A stretch of 64,000 bases of DNA from an uncultured Solirubrobacterales bacterium (GTDB taxonomy: Bacteria; Actinomycetota; Thermoleophilia; Solirubrobacterales; 70-9): positions 45,297 through 109,296 of the forward strand of contig CAWDKO010000009.1 in NCBI GenBank assembly GCA_963802935.1, given 5' to 3'. Below are positions 26,642-35,788 of the stretch, piece by piece. The notes beneath the pieces were generated by a model that saw only the letters and a program-made list of their open reading frames with translations, ran no database searches and was not told the DNA's origin. The position numbers were made by a program, and so were the translations under genes. Position 1 is the first letter of the stretch, and each line of letters opens with the position of its first letter.

Positions 26642-27598
26642 GTGAGCACCGAGGAGCTGGACAGGGCGGTACGGACGGTCGTTCGTGAGTGCATGGCCAT
26701 CTCCCCGGGCGAGGAGGTGCTGATCATCTGCAACCCGGTGACCGAAGAGGTTGGGGCGCTGATGCGGATCGAGGCCCAGGGCGACGGCGCCAGCGCGACG
26801 CTGGCGGTGATGTCGGAGCGGGAGTCCGCCGCGGCCGAGCCGCCGGACGTGGTCGCCGCGGCGATGGCCGAGGCCGACGTGGTCCTGGCGCCGACGATCC
26901 AGTCGATCTCCCACACCGATGCGCGCCGCAAAGCGAGCGAGGCGGGCGTGCGGATCGGCAGCCTTCCCGGCGTGACCGAGGACATGCTGGCACGGTTGAT
27001 GATCAGCGACCTTTCCGAGGTGCGGCGGCGCGGCTGGGCGCTCAGCGGCCTCCTCAACGGCGCCTCGGAGGTGCGCATCACCTGCCGCCACGGCAGCGAT
27101 CTGCGGCTCGGCGTCGAGGAGCGGCTCTCGATCGTCGACGCCGGGGAACTCGGCAACCGCGGCGCCTTCGGCAACCTGCCCTGCGGCGAGACCTTCATCG
27201 CTCCGGTCGAGGGGACGGCGGAGGGCACGCTCGTGGTCGACGGCTCGATCGCCGAAGTCGGCCTGCTCGATACGCCGGTCTCGCTGACCGTCCGCGAGGG
27301 CCACCTGACCGACACGACCGGCAGCGACGGCGCTGCGCTGATGAGCCTGCTCAGCGCCCATGGCCCCGACGGCACCAACGTCGCCGAGCTCGGGATCGGC
27401 ACCAACGAAGAGGCGCTGTTGACCGGCAACATCCTCGAGGACGAGAAGATCCTCGGCACCTGCCACGTCGCTTTCGGGGCCTCGGCGGCGATCGGCGGAA
27501 CCGTCCAGGTCCCCGTCCACCTCGACTGCGTGGTGCTCGAACCGACGGTCGAAATCGATGGCGAGACGGTCGTCCGCGGCGGCGACCTGCTGGTCTGA
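26642..27598 (+). CDS. M29-family (aminopeptidase T/PepS-like) metallopeptidase
   Basis: NLPCGETFIAP...ELGIGTNE...ILEDEKILGTCHVAFG motifs. Confidence 0.75.
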   Translation: MSTEELDRAVRTVVRECMAISPGEEVLIICNPVTEEVGALMRIEAQGDGASATLAVMSERESAAAEPPDVVAAAMAEADVVLAPTIQSISHTDARRKASEAGVRIGSLPGVTEDMLARLMISDLSEVRRRGWALSGLLNGASEVRITCRHGSDLRLGVEERLSIVDAGELGNRGAFGNLPCGETFIAPVEGTAEGTLVVDGSIAEVGLLDTPVSLTVREGHLTDTTGSDGAALMSLLSAHGPDGTNVAELGIGTNEEALLTGNILEDEKILGTCHVAFGASAAIGGTVQVPVHLDCVVLEPTVEIDGETVVRGGDLLV

Positions 27599-27613
27599 CG
27601 CGGGTCGACGCCG

Positions 27614-28504
27614 ATGCCCACCCTGCTCGCCGTCCCCAATGTCTCCGCGGGACGGGACCCGGCGCGGCTGGCCGGGCTGGAGGCCGCCTTCGGGCGCGGC
27701 GTTTCCCTGCTCGACCGCCATGCCGACGCCGATCACGACCGCACCGTCTTCACCTTTGCCGGCGAGCCGGGGCCGCTGACCGAGGCGCTCGTCGCTGGGG
27801 CCGAGGAGGCGCTGGAGACGATTGACATGGGCCGCTACCAGGGTGCCCACCCGGCAATCGGCGCCCTTGACGTCTGCCCGCTGGTCTGGCTCGACCCGGC
27901 CGACCGCGCGGCGGCCCGCAACGAGGCCGTTGCCGTCGCGACCCAGATCGGCGGCCTCGGAATCCCGGTCTTCCTCTACGGCGAGCTGGCGCGGGGCCCG
28001 AGCCGGGCCGAGCGCGCCTACTTCCGCAACGGCGGCCTGGCCGAGCTCTGGCTGCGGATGGAGGCCGGCGAGCTGAGCCCGGACTTCGGCCCCGGGCTGC
28101 CCCACCGCCGCGGTGGCGCCACCCTCGTCACCGCGCGACCGCCGCTCGCCGCTTTCAACATCGAGCTCGACAGCGGCGACATCGAGATCGCCCGTGCGGT
28201 CGCTGCCGGCCTGCGCGAGTCGGGCGGGGGACTGCCGGGGGTGCGGGCGATCGGGCTGGTGCTCTCCAGCGGCCGCGGCCAGGTCTCGACCAACGTCCAC
28301 GACCAGCTCTCGGTGCCGCTCGGCAAGGTCGTCGAGCGGGTGCGGGAGTTGGCGGCGCCACTCGGCGCCAGACCCGTCGAGGCTGAGCTGGTCGGGCTGG
28401 TTCCGGCCGCTGCCGTGGTCGGCTACCCGGCCGACGTGCCGATGCGCGGCTTCGACCCCGACCGGCACGTGATCGAGCGGCGGCTCGCGGCCGCGACCGA
28501 CTGA
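27614..28504 (+). CDS. glutamate formimidoyltransferase-like protein
   Basis: N-terminal AVPNVSAGRD (formiminotransferase signature VPN.SEGR) and 296-aa length. Confidence 0.75.
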   Translation: MPTLLAVPNVSAGRDPARLAGLEAAFGRGVSLLDRHADADHDRTVFTFAGEPGPLTEALVAGAEEALETIDMGRYQGAHPAIGALDVCPLVWLDPADRAAARNEAVAVATQIGGLGIPVFLYGELARGPSRAERAYFRNGGLAELWLRMEAGELSPDFGPGLPHRRGGATLVTARPPLAAFNIELDSGDIEIARAVAAGLRESGGGLPGVRAIGLVLSSGRGQVSTNVHDQLSVPLGKVVERVRELAAPLGARPVEAELVGLVPAAAVVGYPADVPMRGFDPDRHVIERRLAAATD

Positions 28505-28541
28505 GATGATCGACCCTGGGTCGATCATCTAGATTCACGAC

Positions 28542-28904
28542 ATGGCACAGACCAAGAAGAAGCGCCGCCGCAAGCGCCGCGGCACCCAGGGCGGCCGCGT
28601 CGACACCAACCCGCGCCGCTCCCGCCCTCGCACCCGCGAGGAGGCAAAAGCCCGCGCCGGCGCCAAACGCAAGCCCGCCGCAAAAGCCGACCTGCCGCCG
28701 ACCTGGCGCAGCTCGATCATCCGTGGCCTCGTCGCCGCGGTCATCTTCGCGGTGCTCCTGCTGCTGATCTTCCAGCGCCCGCTCGGCGCCGCGCTCGCGC
28801 TCGGCGCTTTCATGCTCGCCTTCTACATCCCCGCCGGCTACTTCATCGACATGACGATGTGGCGCCGGCGCGAGCGGGCCCGGATCCGCGCGCGGGAAGA
28901 GTAG
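28542..28904 (+). CDS. small membrane protein with extremely basic N-terminus
   Basis: MAQTKKKRRRKRRGTQGG... followed by two hydrophobic helices. Confidence 0.5.
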   Translation: MAQTKKKRRRKRRGTQGGRVDTNPRRSRPRTREEAKARAGAKRKPAAKADLPPTWRSSIIRGLVAAVIFAVLLLLIFQRPLGAALALGAFMLAFYIPAGYFIDMTMWRRRERARIRAREE

Positions 28905-28915
28905 GCGTCCGGCCG

Positions 28916-29557
28916 GTGAGCCTCGACGTCGAGATGCTCACGGTCGGCGCGATCGCCGAGAACTGCTTTCTGCTGCGGCGCCAGGGCTCCGACCGCGTCC
29001 TCGTCGTCGATCCCGGCGAGGAGGCGGAGCGGATCCTCGCTGCGGCCGGGGAGATGGGCAAGGTCGAGGCGATCCTGCTCACCCACTGCCACTTCGACCA
29101 CATCGGCGCGGTGGCACCGGTGGCGGCGGCGACCGGCGCTCCGGTCTACTGCCCGCAGATCGAGATCCCGCTCCTCGCCGACATCATGGCCTTCGTCCCC
29201 TGGGAGGGCTTCGGTCCCTACGAGAGCTACGACGCCGACGAGACCGTCGCCGGCGGCGAGACCTTGGAGCTCGCCGGGCTCGAGCTCGACGTCATCTTCA
29301 CCCCCGGCCACAGCCCTGGCCACGTCACCTACTCGGTCCGCGACGAGGCGGCGATCTTCTCCGGCGACGTCCTCTTCCAGGGCTCGGTCGGCCGGGTCGA
29401 TCTGCCCGGTGGCGACGGGCCGACGCTGATGGAGTCGATTCGCGGCCTGCTCGACTCCCACCCCGATGAGACCGCCGTCTACCCCGGTCACATGGGTGTG
29501 ACGACGCTGGGTGCGGAGCGCGCCTCCAACCCGTTCCTCGCCTCGCTGGTCCGGTAG
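28916..29557 (+). CDS. MBL-fold metallo-hydrolase (glyoxalase II-like)
   Basis: THCHFDHIG metal-binding motif; start GTG 28916 or ATG 28934. Confidence 0.8.
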   Translation: MSLDVEMLTVGAIAENCFLLRRQGSDRVLVVDPGEEAERILAAAGEMGKVEAILLTHCHFDHIGAVAPVAAATGAPVYCPQIEIPLLADIMAFVPWEGFGPYESYDADETVAGGETLELAGLELDVIFTPGHSPGHVTYSVRDEAAIFSGDVLFQGSVGRVDLPGGDGPTLMESIRGLLDSHPDETAVYPGHMGVTTLGAERASNPFLASLVR

Positions 29558-29594
29558 GCGGCTGGGGCGCTGTCCGACTAAGGTCGCTGCGACC

Positions 29595-30842
29595 ATGGCC
29601 AGCAAGTACCAGGCACCCCGCGGGACCTTCGACGTGCTGCCCGCCCAGGCGCGTGGGCGGGCGCGAATCGAGCGCGCCGCCGCCGCGATCTTCTCCCGCG
29701 CCGGCTACGAGCCGATCGCGACTCCGGCCTTCGAGGACACCGAGCTGTTCGAACGCGGCGTCGGCAAGTCCACCGACATCGTCCGCAAGGAGATGTTCAG
29801 CTTCGAGGACAAGGGCGGCCGCAGCCTGACGCTGCGACCCGAGGGCACGGCGCCGATCTGCCGCGCCTACGTCGAGCACGGGATGCACAAGCTGGCGCAG
29901 CCGGTCAAGCTCTCCTACCTCGGGCCGTTCTTCCGCCACGAGCGTCCCCAGGCCGGTCGCTACCGGCAGTTCCACCAGCTCGGGGCGGAGTGCATCGGCA
30001 CCGACTCGCCGCTGGCGGACGCCGAGGTGATCATGCTGCTCTCCGACCTGCTGGGCGAGCTCGGGGTGCCCGGGGTCGAGCTGCGGCTCGGCAGCCTTGG
30101 CTCGCTCGACGCGCGCCGCGTCTACCTGGAGGAGCTGAAGGCGCATCTGCACGCCCACGAGAAGGACCTCTCCGAGGACGTGCGCGAGCGGATCGACGTC
30201 AACCCGCTGCGCGCCTTCGACTCCGACGACGAGGGGACGCGGGGCGCGATGGCGAGCGCTCCCACGATCGTCGGTGCGTTGGAGGGTGAGGACGCCGAGC
30301 ATTTCGCCGAGGTGCGGCGCCTGCTCGACGCCGCCGGGATCGCCTACGCGGTCGACCCGACCCTGGTCCGCGGCCTCGACTACTACACGCGCACGATCTT
30401 CTCCTTCGTCTGCGAGGAGCTCGGGGCCCAGTCAGAGGTGGGGGGCGGGGGGCGCTACGACGGCCTGATCGAGCAGCTCGGAGGACCGGCGACGCCGGCG
30501 ATCGGCTGGGCGGCCGGGATCGAGCGCATCCTGCTCGCGCTCGGCGAAGAAGAGGAGGCGGAGTCGAGTCAACGCGTATTCATCTCCTTCGACCACGACC
30601 TTCAGCTGGAGCGCGGGTTTGCGCTGCTCAACGAGCTGCGGCACGCGGGTCTTGCGGCCGAGGTCGATCTGGCCGGACGGAGCCAGAAGGGTCAGCTCAA
30701 GCACGCCAACCGGATCGGCGCGAAGTACGTCGTCTTTCTCGAAGAAGACGGCAGCGCCCAGCTGCGCGACATGTCGAGTGGCGAGCAGCGACCGGTCGAT
30801 CCCGGCAATCTTGTCGACGAGATGACGGGAGGGGAATCGTGA
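29595..30842 (+). CDS. hisS: histidyl-tRNA synthetase
   Basis: MASKYQAPRGTFDVLP..., LRPEGTAP, FRHERPQAGRYRQFHQ, GGGRYDGL class II motifs. Confidence 0.92.
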   Translation: MASKYQAPRGTFDVLPAQARGRARIERAAAAIFSRAGYEPIATPAFEDTELFERGVGKSTDIVRKEMFSFEDKGGRSLTLRPEGTAPICRAYVEHGMHKLAQPVKLSYLGPFFRHERPQAGRYRQFHQLGAECIGTDSPLADAEVIMLLSDLLGELGVPGVELRLGSLGSLDARRVYLEELKAHLHAHEKDLSEDVRERIDVNPLRAFDSDDEGTRGAMASAPTIVGALEGEDAEHFAEVRRLLDAAGIAYAVDPTLVRGLDYYTRTIFSFVCEELGAQSEVGGGGRYDGLIEQLGGPATPAIGWAAGIERILLALGEEEEAESSQRVFISFDHDLQLERGFALLNELRHAGLAAEVDLAGRSQKGQLKHANRIGAKYVVFLEEDGSAQLRDMSSGEQRPVDPGNLVDEMTGGES

Positions 30843-32635
30843 GCGAGGCGCCGCCACTGCGGGCGAACGAGTACCGGGACACCTGGTGTGGCCAGGTGCT
30901 CGGCGACCGCGTCGACTCCGCGGTCAGGGTGGCCGGGTGGGTTCACCGCCGTCGCGACCACGGCGGTCTGATCTTCATCGACTTGCGCGACCGCACCGGC
31001 ATCGTCCAGCTCGTCTTCAACCCCGACACCTCGGGCGACTCCTTCCAGCTCGCGCATAAGCTGCGGGCCGAGGACGTGCTGAGCGCGGGTGGGACCGTGG
31101 TGCGGCGCTCTCCGGAGACCGTCAACCCGGAGCTGCCGACCGGCGAGGTCGAGCTCAAGGTCGGGAGCGCCGAGCTGCTGGCCGACGCCGAGACCCCGCC
31201 GTTCCCGATCGAGGGCTTCTCCGGCGAGGTCGGCGAGGACGCGCGCTTGCGTTACCGCTACCTCGATCTGCGCCGCGAGCAGATGCGCGAGGCGCTGCAA
31301 CTGCGCCACCGGGTTACGGCGGCGATGCGCGAGTTCCTCGACGGTGAGGGCTTCCTCGACGTCGAGACGCCGGTACTGACCCGCTCCACCCCCGAGGGCG
31401 CGCGCGACTTCCTCGTTCCCAGCCGCCAGCAGCAGGGCTCCTTCTACGCGCTGCCGCAGTCGCCGCAGCTGTTCAAGCAGCTGCTGATGGTCTCCGGCTT
31501 CGAGCGCTACTACCAGGTGGCGCGCTGCTTCCGCGACGAGGAGACGCGGGCTGACCGGCAGGCGGAGTTCACCCAGCTCGACGTCGAGATGTCCTTCGTC
31601 GACGGCGAGGACATCATCGAGGTCAACGAACGGCTGCTCGCGCACGTGTTCGAGCGGGCCGGGGGGCCGCAGATCGAGCTGCCGATGCAGCGCATGTGTT
31701 ACGACGAGGCGATGGGCCGGTTCGGTACCGACCGGCCCGACCTCCGCTTCGGGCTGGAGCTCGTCGACCTCGGCGATGCCCTGCGCGAGACCGAGTTCAA
31801 GGTCTTTCGCTCGGTGCTGGACGGGGGCGGCTCGATCCGCGGCATCAACGCCGGCCGCCGCGAGATGCCGCGCTCCGAGCTCGATGGGCTGATCTCGCGC
31901 GCCCAGGGGCTGGGGGCGAAGGGTTTGGTCTGGGCCTTCCGCGAGGGCGACGGCTGGCGCTCGCCGACCGCCAAGTTCCTCAGCGAGGGAGAGCTGACCG
32001 ACCTCAACCAGCGGCTGGGGGCCGAGGAGGGCGACCTGCTGCTGCTGGTTGCCGACCAGCGCTCCGTGACCGACGCCGTGCTCGGCCAGATGCGGCTCGA
32101 CCTGGCCGAGCGCTTCGGCCTGATCGACGAGGACGAGCACCGCCTGGTCTGGATCGTCGACTGGCCGCTGATGGAGTGGAACGCCGAGGAGAAGCGCTGG
32201 GACCCGCTGCACCACCCGTTCACCGCTCCCAAGGGCGAGTTCGACCCGGAGAACCCCGGCGCGGCGCGCGCGGTCGCCTACGACGTCGTCTGGAACGGGC
32301 AGGAGCTGGGCGGCGGCTCGATCCGCATCAACAGCGCCGAGGTCCAGGAGGCGGTGTTCGCGGCGCTCGGAATCGACGCCGAGACTGCGCAGGCGCGCTT
32401 CGGCTTCCTGCTCGAGGCCCTGCGCTACGGGGCGCCGCCCCACGGCGGCATCGCCTACGGTGTCGACCGCATCGTCCAGCGACTCAGCGGCGCCGAGACG
32501 ATCCGCGACGTGATCGCCTTCCCCAAGACCGCCTCCGGCTTCGACCTCCTGACCGGCGCCCCGGCCCCGGTCGAGGACATCCAGCTGCGCGACCTCGGCA
32601 TCGCCATCCACCAGCGAAAACTCGCCGGGCACTGA
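30839..32635 (+). CDS. aspS: aspartyl-tRNA synthetase
   Basis: GWVHRRRDHGGLIFIDLRD, FYALPQSPQ, CFRDE, GGGSIR, PPHGG motifs; 4-nt overlap with hisS. Confidence 0.92.
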   Translation: MSEAPPLRANEYRDTWCGQVLGDRVDSAVRVAGWVHRRRDHGGLIFIDLRDRTGIVQLVFNPDTSGDSFQLAHKLRAEDVLSAGGTVVRRSPETVNPELPTGEVELKVGSAELLADAETPPFPIEGFSGEVGEDARLRYRYLDLRREQMREALQLRHRVTAAMREFLDGEGFLDVETPVLTRSTPEGARDFLVPSRQQQGSFYALPQSPQLFKQLLMVSGFERYYQVARCFRDEETRADRQAEFTQLDVEMSFVDGEDIIEVNERLLAHVFERAGGPQIELPMQRMCYDEAMGRFGTDRPDLRFGLELVDLGDALRETEFKVFRSVLDGGGSIRGINAGRREMPRSELDGLISRAQGLGAKGLVWAFREGDGWRSPTAKFLSEGELTDLNQRLGAEEGDLLLLVADQRSVTDAVLGQMRLDLAERFGLIDEDEHRLVWIVDWPLMEWNAEEKRWDPLHHPFTAPKGEFDPENPGAARAVAYDVVWNGQELGGGSIRINSAEVQEAVFAALGIDAETAQARFGFLLEALRYGAPPHGGIAYGVDRIVQRLSGAETIRDVIAFPKTASGFDLLTGAPAPVEDIQLRDLGIAIHQRKLAGH

Positions 32636-32636
32636 G

Positions 32637-32933
32637 ATGGGGCTCCGGGACTGGCTTCCACGCAAGTGGCGCTCGGGTCCCGGTCCCGGCCAGACGCCGG
32701 TCTACGTCGACGACCCCAGCTTCGACAGCTGGGAGGTCGTGCGGGACTTCGGCGACCTGCGGACGGCGAGGGCCTGGCACCAAGCGCTGGTCGAGGCTGG
32801 GATCGAGGCCGCCCTCACTGCCGATTGGCCGCTCGACCGCTTCGGCCGCGGCGAAATCGCCCTGCGGGTTCCGGCGGACAGCTGGAGCGAGGCCGAGCTG
32901 CATCTCTCCAACCTCGACCAGGACGACTACTGA
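32637..32933 (+). CDS. small hypothetical protein (98 aa), DUF2007-like
   Basis: ORF immediately after aspS; pattern ...A..W...L...GI.A resembles a putative signal-transducing fold; weak. Confidence 0.4.
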   Translation: MGLRDWLPRKWRSGPGPGQTPVYVDDPSFDSWEVVRDFGDLRTARAWHQALVEAGIEAALTADWPLDRFGRGEIALRVPADSWSEAELHLSNLDQDDY

Positions 32934-33209
32934 GCGACGCCCAGGCCCGTCCCGCCGAGCGGCGGCCCGTCCATGCATCAACGCGCCCCGCTGTTTACAG
33001 GCCGCCGGCCGGTGGTACGGTTGAACCGAGGCTCGAGCCCGTGCGAGAGCCGTCTCACCGTTTGACCCAACACAAACGGCGCGGGAGCCGAGAGTCTTCG
33101 GGCCCCTTGGGGTCAGGAGCAGGCACCCACCTTCACTTGAAGGGATCAAAGCCAGAGGCGGCAACGGCGGGCTGGGGCCTCTTTTGCGTTTCTCGGGGGG
33201 CGAGTTCGG

Positions 33210-33256
33210 TCGAACCCAGCCTTTTTGTTCCCATGGAGCAAAAAGGCTGGGTTCGA
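33210..33256. other. perfect 18-bp stem / 11-nt loop hairpin
   Basis: TCGAACCCAGCCTTTTTG-ttcccatggag-CAAAAAGGCTGGGTTCGA, 19 nt upstream of the ATG at 33275. Confidence 0.8.
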
Positions 33257-33274
33257 ATCGAGCGGGACAGGAAA

Positions 33275-34174
33275 ATGACCGAGCTCGCGCGGGGGCAACA
33301 TGGTGTCGTGACCCGTGGGCAACTGCTGGGGCTGGGATTTGGAGGTACCGCGATCGCCGGCAGGGTGCGACGCGGGCTTTTGCAGGCGATCCACCCGGGC
33401 GTCTACGTGCTCGGCGGTTCCGAGCCGACCGCGAATGCACGACGCCGGGCGGCAATCTTGGCCTGCGGTCCGGGGGCGGTGCTCAGCCATCGTTCGGCCG
33501 CGCGAGCCTGGGGCATCTACCCCTACGAGCCTGAACGCATCGAAGTGAGCCGGCCGGCGGCGGGCGGGACGAAGCACGGCTCAATCGTCCTCCATCAGGC
33601 CCGCCTGCTGGAGGACGAACTGAGTGATGTCCGCGGCATTCCGGTCACCTCCTTGTTTCGAACGGTCTTCGATCTCGCCGCCGTGGTGTCGAAGCGGGAA
33701 GTGGAACGGGCCTTCCACGAGACCGAGGTGCGGCAGCTGACGGATCGAGTTTCGCTGCCCCAGCTCCTGACTCGTCACCCCGGCAGGCGGGGGGCGGGGA
33801 CGGTCCGGGAGATCCTCGCCGGCGGCGAGCCTGCCGGATTCACCCAGAACGACTTCGAGGAGATGTTCGTCGCGTTCCTCGATGCCAACGATCTGCCTCG
33901 GCCCAGGTTCAACGCGACCCTGCCGATTCGCGGGCGTCTGCTGCGTCCCGATTGCATGTGGCCCGCGGAGCGGCTGATCGCCGAGCTCGACGGGCGAGCA
34001 GTGCACGGGACGGAACGGGCCTTCGAGAATGATCGCCGGCGGGACCGGATCCTGCTCGTCGACGGGTGGCGCTCGACACACATCACCTGGCTGCAACTGC
34101 GCGACGAACCAGGCGCGATCGCCGCGGACCTGTGGGAGTTGCTGCGCGGCTCGGGTTCGCCTCCTACCCTGTAG
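33275..34174 (+). CDS. AbiEi_4-like N-terminal domain plus DUF559 (Vsr-like endonuclease fold) protein
   Basis: MTELARGQHGVVTRGQLLGLG...RRGLLQAIHPGVYVLG (AbiEi-type wHTH) and C-terminal RPDCMWPAERLIAELDGRAVH...D..RD..L...GW. Confidence 0.65.
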   Translation: MTELARGQHGVVTRGQLLGLGFGGTAIAGRVRRGLLQAIHPGVYVLGGSEPTANARRRAAILACGPGAVLSHRSAARAWGIYPYEPERIEVSRPAAGGTKHGSIVLHQARLLEDELSDVRGIPVTSLFRTVFDLAAVVSKREVERAFHETEVRQLTDRVSLPQLLTRHPGRRGAGTVREILAGGEPAGFTQNDFEEMFVAFLDANDLPRPRFNATLPIRGRLLRPDCMWPAERLIAELDGRAVHGTERAFENDRRRDRILLVDGWRSTHITWLQLRDEPGAIAADLWELLRGSGSPPTL

Positions 34175-34176
34175 GG

Positions 34177-35733
34177 ATGGATCGGGAGCTGCTCGAGAGC
34201 TATCTGAGCGACGAGAGCCGGCGCGGAGCACCGGCCGAGGGCGCCTTCACGGGCGCCGCCGGTGGCGCCGCCTGCGGCGACCTGGCACGGATCTCACTCG
34301 TCGTCGCGGATCAGCGAATCGCTTCGGTCACCTTTGACGCCGAGGGATGCGGCGCGACCAAGGCGGCGACGGCGGCTGTGGCGGAGATGGTCGACGGGGC
34401 GCCCGTTTTGGAGGCGGCGGCAATCGACATCGACGTCGTTGATGTCGCGATCGGCGGCCTCACCCCCGCGAAGCGCCATGCGGCGGTTCTTGCCGCAGAT
34501 GCCCTGCACCGTGCCCTCGCCTCGGCTGCGGCTTCGACCTCGTGCCTGGCACTCCCTCCGGTGGCGACCTCCGGCGAATCGCCTGGCTTCACGGGAGGAC
34601 GGGAGCCGGACGCACCTGCAGATGACGGGCGCCGGCCCCCGTCCTCCTCTCGCCGCCCGGTCCCCTCCCCCCAGCGCGTCGCCGTCGCCATGTCCGGCGG
34701 CGTCGACAGCGCCGTCGCGGCACTGCTCGAGCGCGAGCGCGGGGCAGAGGTGGTCGCTGTCACGGTCAAGCTTTGGGCCGACCCGGAGACGGACGGCGCC
34801 AAGGCCTGCTGCTCGCCGGAGGCGGTGCTCGGTGCCCGCGGACTTGCCCACTCGCTCGGCATCCCGCACTTCACCCTCGACCTCGAGGAGGAATTCCGCC
34901 GCCGCGTCGTCGGCCGCTTCATCGACGGTTACACGGCCGGCAGCACTCCCAACCCCTGCGTCCTCTGCAACGGCGAGGTGCGGATCGCGGCGATGGTCGA
35001 CTTGGCCGAGCGACTCGGTGCCGATCGCCTCGTCACCGGTCACTACGCCCGCATCGTCGAGGACGACGACGGTCCGCTGCTGGCCGGCGCCGCCGACGAG
35101 GCCAAGGACCAGAGCTACATGCTGGCGGCGCTGCCGACCGCGCTGCTGGGTCGGCTCTCCTTCCCGCTCACCGAGCTGACCAAGCCCGAGGTGCGGGAGA
35201 TCGCCGCCCGCCACGGCCTCCCGGTCGCGCGCAAGGCCGAGAGCCAGGACCTCTGCTTCCTCGCCGGCCAGGGCAAGCGCGTCTTCCTGCGCCGCCACGG
35301 CGGCCTCCGCGACCGCGAGGGCGCCGTGCTCGACCGCGCCGGCCGGCCCGTCGGCCGCCACCGCGGCCATCACAACTTCACCGTCGGCCAGCGCCGCGGC
35401 ATCGGCGTCTCCGCGTCCGAGCCGCTCTACGTGCTCGCGACCGACGCCACGGCGAACACGGTCACCGTCGGCACCCGCGCCGACCTGGAAACCCGCCGCA
35501 TCCATATTCGCGACGCCGTCCTGCACCGCGACGGCGCCCGCGTCGACTCGGTCCGCCTCCGCTACCACTCCCGCGCCCTGCCGGCCTCCGTCGGTGCCGC
35601 GGGCGCCGGTCGCCACGACGCCCTCGAGGTCGAGCTGGGCGAGGAGTTCCTCGGCGCGTCCCCGGGCCAGACGGCGGTGCTGATGACCGGCGAGACGATC
35701 GTCGGCCACGGCACGATCGTCACCGCGACCTGA
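34177..35733 (+). CDS. mnmA: fusion protein: IscU/NifU-like N-terminal domain plus tRNA 2-thiouridine(34) synthase MnmA
   Basis: N-terminus GAACGDLARISL...DAEGCGATKAA (IscU-like Cys motifs); then VAVAMSGGVDSAVAA PP-loop, NPCVLCN, DQSYML MnmA motifs. Confidence 0.85.
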   Translation: MDRELLESYLSDESRRGAPAEGAFTGAAGGAACGDLARISLVVADQRIASVTFDAEGCGATKAATAAVAEMVDGAPVLEAAAIDIDVVDVAIGGLTPAKRHAAVLAADALHRALASAAASTSCLALPPVATSGESPGFTGGREPDAPADDGRRPPSSSRRPVPSPQRVAVAMSGGVDSAVAALLERERGAEVVAVTVKLWADPETDGAKACCSPEAVLGARGLAHSLGIPHFTLDLEEEFRRRVVGRFIDGYTAGSTPNPCVLCNGEVRIAAMVDLAERLGADRLVTGHYARIVEDDDGPLLAGAADEAKDQSYMLAALPTALLGRLSFPLTELTKPEVREIAARHGLPVARKAESQDLCFLAGQGKRVFLRRHGGLRDREGAVLDRAGRPVGRHRGHHNFTVGQRRGIGVSASEPLYVLATDATANTVTVGTRADLETRRIHIRDAVLHRDGARVDSVRLRYHSRALPASVGAAGAGRHDALEVELGEEFLGASPGQTAVLMTGETIVGHGTIVTAT

Positions 35734-35788
35734 CCGGGCCGACCGGCCCCCGCGGCTTTCCCGCCCGCGAATATTTAGGCTCTCTCAG

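Noticed and set aside
26543-28528. 661-aa minus-strand ORF. Similar long antisense ORFs occur at 2963..4246, 7579..8997, 30692..32665, 35858..38380, 38620..40203, 42335..43714 and 55044..56924
   Set aside because: All are low-complexity R/G/A/P-rich reverse-frame readings of well-supported plus-strand genes (aminopeptidase, thrC, aspS, alaS, mltG, aroKB, dxs). None has recognisable domains.
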